Positions 59,313 to 64,000 of a DNA stretch of 64,000 nt are shown here, piece by piece. Source of the DNA: Akkermansiaceae bacterium. GTDB lineage: Bacteria; Verrucomicrobiota; Verrucomicrobiia; Verrucomicrobiales; Akkermansiaceae. Location of the stretch: NCBI GenBank assembly GCA_051251915.1, contig JBPOGF010000011.1:1-64000 (forward strand), written 5' to 3'. The notes beneath the pieces were generated by a model that had not been told where the DNA came from, did not search any database, and saw only the letters and a list, made by a program, of their open reading frames with translations. Numbering within the stretch: position 1 is the first letter of the stretch; the number at the start of each line of letters is the position of its first letter. The translations under genes and the position numbers were made by a program.

Positions 59313-60770
59313 ATGAAATTTCTAGCTAAGTCATTATTATGCATACTTGCGTCATCATCATCCATCATTGCCGATGATCACGACTTCATCAACTTCTCCA
59401 ATGATGATACCCTTCACGGGCAGTTCCTAGGATTCACCACCTCTGGTAAGATCATTTGGAAAAATGATGCCGCCGACAAAAACATCGCTTTCGAAACCAA
59501 AGACGTCCGCAAAGTAGTGATGAACAATGGCCAGAGAACCAAGCCATTCTCTCATACCAGCTACATCACATTAAAAAACTTAGACACCATACCCGGAAAC
59601 GTCCACTCGCTCACAGGCGACCAGCTCACACTTGAAACCGACTATGGCGGGAAAATCACGATCCCAAAAGACCAAATACTGGACCTTAACATTAATCCTC
59701 TTGGCCAAAAAGTTATCTATCGAGGCCCCTTTTCTGAAGAAGAACCATGGGAGCTAAAATACCCAGCTAACCGCATCGCAAAAGATCTTTCAGAGGAAGA
59801 ACAAGAAAAAATCCGACCATGGAAGTTTAAGAATTTTAGCCTCAATCATCAAGGTGAAGCTAGCTCCACTCTCATGGAAAAGGAGTTTCCTGACCAATAT
59901 CGCATCACGTTTAATAGCTACTCGTCACAATCATATTACCCGACCATGACCATCATGGCAGATCTGAAAGTTCCTAAATATGATGATGAAGATCAAGAAT
60001 TGGTAAAAAACCGCACTCGCTACAGAAGCTCTCTCGGTAACTATTTAGGCTCATCCATAGTCATCAGACTCCACCCTTCAAACTCTAGCCTCACTCAATA
60101 CGGGTTTAAGGAAGACGGTAGTATATTCCAATCCAATGCGGCTAACATGGTCAGAGGAACTTCCAGCAGAGGAACCCAGTCCAAAACCTACTATGACCTC
60201 CGTGTTGATAAAAAGGCCGGCCTCATCATGCTCTTCGCCAATAAACGAAACGTCGGCCAATGGCAGATCGATTCTCTATCTGAAGACTATCAAGGCTCAT
60301 ACTTTGGCTACAACATGCAATACAGTAACTCTACCGCCCAGTCCGTAATTAGCGACATAGTAGTCACCACTTGGAATGGCGTCAGAGACTCTGCCCTTTC
60401 ACTCGAAAATGAGACACGCGACATCGTCATGCTTAACAACGGCACCGACAGATACTCTGGCAACATAACAGGAATCACAGAACAAACCATCGACCTCAAA
60501 ACTGCCTACGCCGAACTGGCCATCCCAAAAGACCAGGTCAGTTCAGTCACTCTATCTAGGAAGAAAACAGAAGATCCTGAAGGCAGAGACAAAGGCGAAG
60601 TAGCCGTTCGTTTCTACGGCACAGGCAGAATCACCGGTGTTTTATCTAAAGCCGAAGACGGCTCTATTTTTCTCGAATCTAAAATCCTCGGCAAAATTAA
60701 AATCGAATCTGAATTCATCACCTCATTTGAGTTCGTGAACATGGATCATGCATACGAAACCTTCCAATAA
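59313..60770 (+). CDS. Hypothetical exported protein, paralog 1
   Basis: Signal peptide; repeated (F/L)xNxDxxxG modules. Confidence 0.8.
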   Translation: MKFLAKSLLCILASSSSIIADDHDFINFSNDDTLHGQFLGFTTSGKIIWKNDAADKNIAFETKDVRKVVMNNGQRTKPFSHTSYITLKNLDTIPGNVHSLTGDQLTLETDYGGKITIPKDQILDLNINPLGQKVIYRGPFSEEEPWELKYPANRIAKDLSEEEQEKIRPWKFKNFSLNHQGEASSTLMEKEFPDQYRITFNSYSSQSYYPTMTIMADLKVPKYDDEDQELVKNRTRYRSSLGNYLGSSIVIRLHPSNSSLTQYGFKEDGSIFQSNAANMVRGTSSRGTQSKTYYDLRVDKKAGLIMLFANKRNVGQWQIDSLSEDYQGSYFGYNMQYSNSTAQSVISDIVVTTWNGVRDSALSLENETRDIVMLNNGTDRYSGNITGITEQTIDLKTAYAELAIPKDQVSSVTLSRKKTEDPEGRDKGEVAVRFYGTGRITGVLSKAEDGSIFLESKILGKIKIESEFITSFEFVNMDHAYETFQ

Positions 60771-60805
60771 ATAACCCTCTCATTAGCCCCAAACTTCTTT
60801 CACAA

Positions 60806-62152
60806 ATGATCACGCGCTCTCTTCTCTCACTTGTTCCATTAGTCACCTTTACCTCGCTCGCTTGTGCGGATGATTCCATCACATTAAAAAATGGTAATTC
60901 CCTTAGCGGCAAACTCATCAACAGTGACACCTCAGGCATCCTAGCGCTCGACTACTCAGAAGCAAATGAACCAATCAAGATTAAAGAATCGGCCGTGGAT
61001 CGTATCATTTTTGACACTACCAATAGCAAAAACAGCACTCTAACAGAAAGTATTGAACTTCTCAATGGAGACCATTTCCCCTGCACCATCAAAGAACTCA
61101 ATAATGAAAATGTTTCTTTTGAATCCAGCTCATTAGGAACACACACCATTTCCAGAAATGCAGTTTCTCAAATCAAATTTAACACCAAAGCCAATAAAAC
61201 CCTCTACAGTGGACCAGGTAATGACCTCAGTGCCTGGATCACCACATCTGAAGACTGGAAACTGAACAAAGGAAAACTCCACATCTCCAAAAGATCCGAA
61301 GCGAGCAAACTAATCCCTAATCTTCCAGATAACTACATTCTAGAATTTAAGACAGCCTGGGAAGAAGCTAGCCCACATTTTCAAGTCTGTTTCTCATCCG
61401 ACAATAGCCAAGCGGATAAAAAAAGTGATTTCTACCGTATTGATCTCAATTCACACGGACTCTCACTTACCAGAAGCACACTAGGTAGGTATGAAACTTT
61501 CGCCCAAGTCTTATCTAATGATAATATCTACGGTCAGTCCAACCTCCACGTCGCCATCCACGTGGATCGTAAACACCAGAAAATGGCACTCTACCTCAAC
61601 GGTAAGCTTGCCAAAACTATCACTGACCCAAAAACTCCACCAAAAGGTAGCTACATCGTCATCAAAAATCTTCAGCGCGTAGGAGTTCTCACCGAAGTCA
61701 GCGACATCAAGATATCCAGTTGGGGTGGAAAAGTAACAGAAAACATCGATTCAAAAGAAGACACGCTGACCAAGCATGACCTCATCACTGACCTATCAGG
61801 CAATGTAATGACCGGACAGATCCTCAACCTCTCCCGCCAAGGAACCAAAGCTAATCTAATTTTCAAAGCCCCATTTGCTAAAAGTGACTCTACCATTCCT
61901 GGCTCAGCTATTGACCTGTTAGAATTCAAAACAACAGAGAATGCTCCAGATTTAGGTAACCCTACCTACCATCTTAATCTCGTTTCCGGTGGATTAATCT
62001 CATTCTCCAGCTCCCAGATGACCAGTGGCAAACTCATAGTAAATCATCCGGTTCTAGGTGAAATCACTTTACCGAAAGCGAACCTCTCCTCTGTAGTCTC
62101 TATCCCTGAGCCTCTAAAAGCAGACGCCCCAGACGAAGAAGAAGAAGATTAA
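60806..62152 (+). CDS. Hypothetical exported protein, paralog 2
   Basis: LKNGNSLSG and LLNGDHFPC modules; same layout as paralog 1. Confidence 0.8.
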   Translation: MITRSLLSLVPLVTFTSLACADDSITLKNGNSLSGKLINSDTSGILALDYSEANEPIKIKESAVDRIIFDTTNSKNSTLTESIELLNGDHFPCTIKELNNENVSFESSSLGTHTISRNAVSQIKFNTKANKTLYSGPGNDLSAWITTSEDWKLNKGKLHISKRSEASKLIPNLPDNYILEFKTAWEEASPHFQVCFSSDNSQADKKSDFYRIDLNSHGLSLTRSTLGRYETFAQVLSNDNIYGQSNLHVAIHVDRKHQKMALYLNGKLAKTITDPKTPPKGSYIVIKNLQRVGVLTEVSDIKISSWGGKVTENIDSKEDTLTKHDLITDLSGNVMTGQILNLSRQGTKANLIFKAPFAKSDSTIPGSAIDLLEFKTTENAPDLGNPTYHLNLVSGGLISFSSSQMTSGKLIVNHPVLGEITLPKANLSSVVSIPEPLKADAPDEEEED

Positions 62153-62193
62153 AAACCCACCCGTTTCAACTATTTCCTAACCACTTTCAACTT

Positions 62194-63693
62194 ATGATTT
62201 CATCACTCACCAAAGCAACACTTGCCGCTTTCAGCTGCTTAGGATGCTCCAGCATACTCTTCGCTCAGCAAGACGAGGCAGCTCCCATAGCTCCTCCAGT
62301 AGCCAAAGAAGAAATCGCTAAAGAAACACAGCTCAAGGCCATGGCTGGCACCATTTTCTTCTACAATGGTGATTCCATAGCCGGAGAAATCACTGAATGG
62401 ACTAAGGATAGCGTGGCAATCAATAGCCCTGATCTAGTTGATCCGGTTAGCTTCTCAACCGCTAAAATACTCAACATAACACTACAAGACAACAGGAATA
62501 CCGCACTAGAAGTTGATCCTAATGAGGACGAAACCACACTCGTCATCAACAACCGTGACAACCAACTAGGCCTCCACGGAGTCATCAAAGGAGGATTCTC
62601 TAACATTGATGACAAACACGTCACCCTCAGCACAAACTATGCTGGAGAAATCAAAGTACTGAAGAAATTCGTCACTAAAATGGAAATCGACTCGAAAAAA
62701 GGCTTCCTCTATCTAGGACCTAAAAGCCTCGATGAATGGTACAACAATAGCGTCGACCAAACATGGGAATTCACCAACAACTCCCTCATCGGTGGTGAAC
62801 TCGCAGGCAACCTAGGACAAGACGTAGACCTTCCTGATGAAGCATCTATCAGCTTTGACCTCTCATGGAAAAATGATGAATACATCACACTCTATCTCTT
62901 TTCTTCAGACCATGAGCAAAGCACACCAGATGACTTCTACAAGCTAGGTCTCCATCGCGGAAAAATATCGCTATATAAATACAACAACGGCAGACGCCAA
63001 TCTCACATCTCATCAGAGCAACAACAAAAAATTGGCAGACAATTTCGCATCCAGCCAACTCGCACAAATTTAAAAACCAGAGAACGTAACGCACGCTATG
63101 ACATCTACATGAGCAAAACCAAAGGCGAGTTCCATATCTACCGAAATGGCATCAAACTAGATTCATTCACCGACTCCACCCCACTACCAGGTAAATTTGG
63201 CAAAGCACTCCACATCGTAAGTGGTAATAAAACACCAGTACGCCTCAAAAACCTCAGCATCTCTAAATGGAGCGGCCACATCCCAAGTGATGTTGATGCC
63301 GACACTTTCGCCAAAATCAAGGGTGAAGGAGAACGCATTCTCCTCAAGAACGGTGACATCCTACTCGGCAGAATCGGTAAAGTCCGTGACGGCTCAATGC
63401 AGATAGAAACCCTCTACACACCATTGAATATCCCAATCGTCAGAATGCGTTCCGTGGATCTCACAGGCACTAACGGCAAGGAAGAACCCATCATGTATGA
63501 AAACGATATCAAATGCTGGTTCAAAGACACCGGCTGGATCATTCTCAAGCCTATCTCAATCCAAGGAAACACTCTAACTGCTTACCATCAAGCACTTGGT
63601 GAAAATAAATTTGATCTTAATATTTTCAAAAGGATCGATCTTCATATCTATGACAAGGTTGCCAATGCCAACAGAAAATCTGATAGCTGGTAA
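62194..63693 (+). CDS. Hypothetical exported protein, paralog 3
   Basis: FYNGDSIAG and LKNGDILLG modules; same layout. Confidence 0.8.
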   Translation: MISSLTKATLAAFSCLGCSSILFAQQDEAAPIAPPVAKEEIAKETQLKAMAGTIFFYNGDSIAGEITEWTKDSVAINSPDLVDPVSFSTAKILNITLQDNRNTALEVDPNEDETTLVINNRDNQLGLHGVIKGGFSNIDDKHVTLSTNYAGEIKVLKKFVTKMEIDSKKGFLYLGPKSLDEWYNNSVDQTWEFTNNSLIGGELAGNLGQDVDLPDEASISFDLSWKNDEYITLYLFSSDHEQSTPDDFYKLGLHRGKISLYKYNNGRRQSHISSEQQQKIGRQFRIQPTRTNLKTRERNARYDIYMSKTKGEFHIYRNGIKLDSFTDSTPLPGKFGKALHIVSGNKTPVRLKNLSISKWSGHIPSDVDADTFAKIKGEGERILLKNGDILLGRIGKVRDGSMQIETLYTPLNIPIVRMRSVDLTGTNGKEEPIMYENDIKCWFKDTGWIILKPISIQGNTLTAYHQALGENKFDLNIFKRIDLHIYDKVANANRKSDSW

Positions 63694-63752
63694 TCACTAA
63701 ATCTTAGTAAAATTCTCTTCACATCTTCTCTTTCTCATTGCAAACTATTTGA

Positions 63753-64000
63753 ATGCAGAACGAGGATAAACCGATTAAAGTAAGCAAACCTAAAGAATGG
63801 GCAGCAGGGAGACCAGCTGTCACATCATCGCTTAAGCAAATCCTCAACACTGCCGGTCCCGTTAGAGGAACCAAAGCGCTACTAGAAATCAACCAGACCG
63901 ATGGCTTTGATTGTCCCAGCTGTGCTTGGCCTGACCCAGATGATCACCGCGCAGTTTCCGAGTTCTGCGAAAACGGAGCTAAAGCAGTTGCCTCAGAAGC
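63753..64000 (+). CDS. FdhF/YdeP family molybdopterin oxidoreductase (5' part, runs off the window)
   Basis: Manual translation: ...[36 protein letters not shown]. Confidence 0.9.
   Translation, partial: MQNEDKPIKVSKPKEWAAGRPAVTSSLKQILNTAGPVRGTKALLEINQTDGFDCPSCAWPDPDDHRAVSEFCENGAKAVASE

Noticed and set aside
9128..63406. Many 60-210 aa antisense or alternate-frame ORFs nested in long genes (e.g. 43346-43981, 47105-47647, 52702-53322, 56495-57055)
   Set aside because: Shadow ORFs of well-supported genes, favoured by biased codon usage, with no motifs.

Overview
The window looks like a Verrucomicrobiota (PVC) chromosome segment; this is inferred from the RpiB-GlyA fusion, a giant PilX-like protein and a QW-repeat operon. 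Positions 1-8.2 kb are an accessory defence island next to the 3' end of tRNA-Tyr. It holds five co-oriented nuclease-like genes (HNH, PD-(D/E)XK, DUF3883, an unnamed PD-(D/E)XK fusion and a NucS-like gene), two ISL3 left-end fragments, and an intact Fic gene left between an hsdS C-terminal stub and an hsdR N-terminal stub, plus a second Fic remnant. The remainder is mostly core genome: queG, parB, an ATP-grasp/7TM/protease operon, a tricorn-like S41 peptidase, rpiB-glyA, fabD, citrate synthase, tsaB, coaX, tadA, dnaJ, grpE, folP, lepA, an HtrA pair, an AGCS symporter, a six-gene envelope operon and a partial FdhF/YdeP gene. There are three tRNAs. The most striking observations are: (i) tRNA-Leu has the uncommon A34 anticodon AAG, with tadA in the same window; (ii) one non-coding element family sits behind both tRNA-Tyr and tRNA-Ser, each time ending in a copy of that tRNA's own 3' end starting at the T-loop, and a decayed third copy brackets a two-gene cargo; (iii) the nuclease array is a candidate set of uncharacterised anti-phage genes. 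Family assignments come from motif recognition by eye; no database searches were run.
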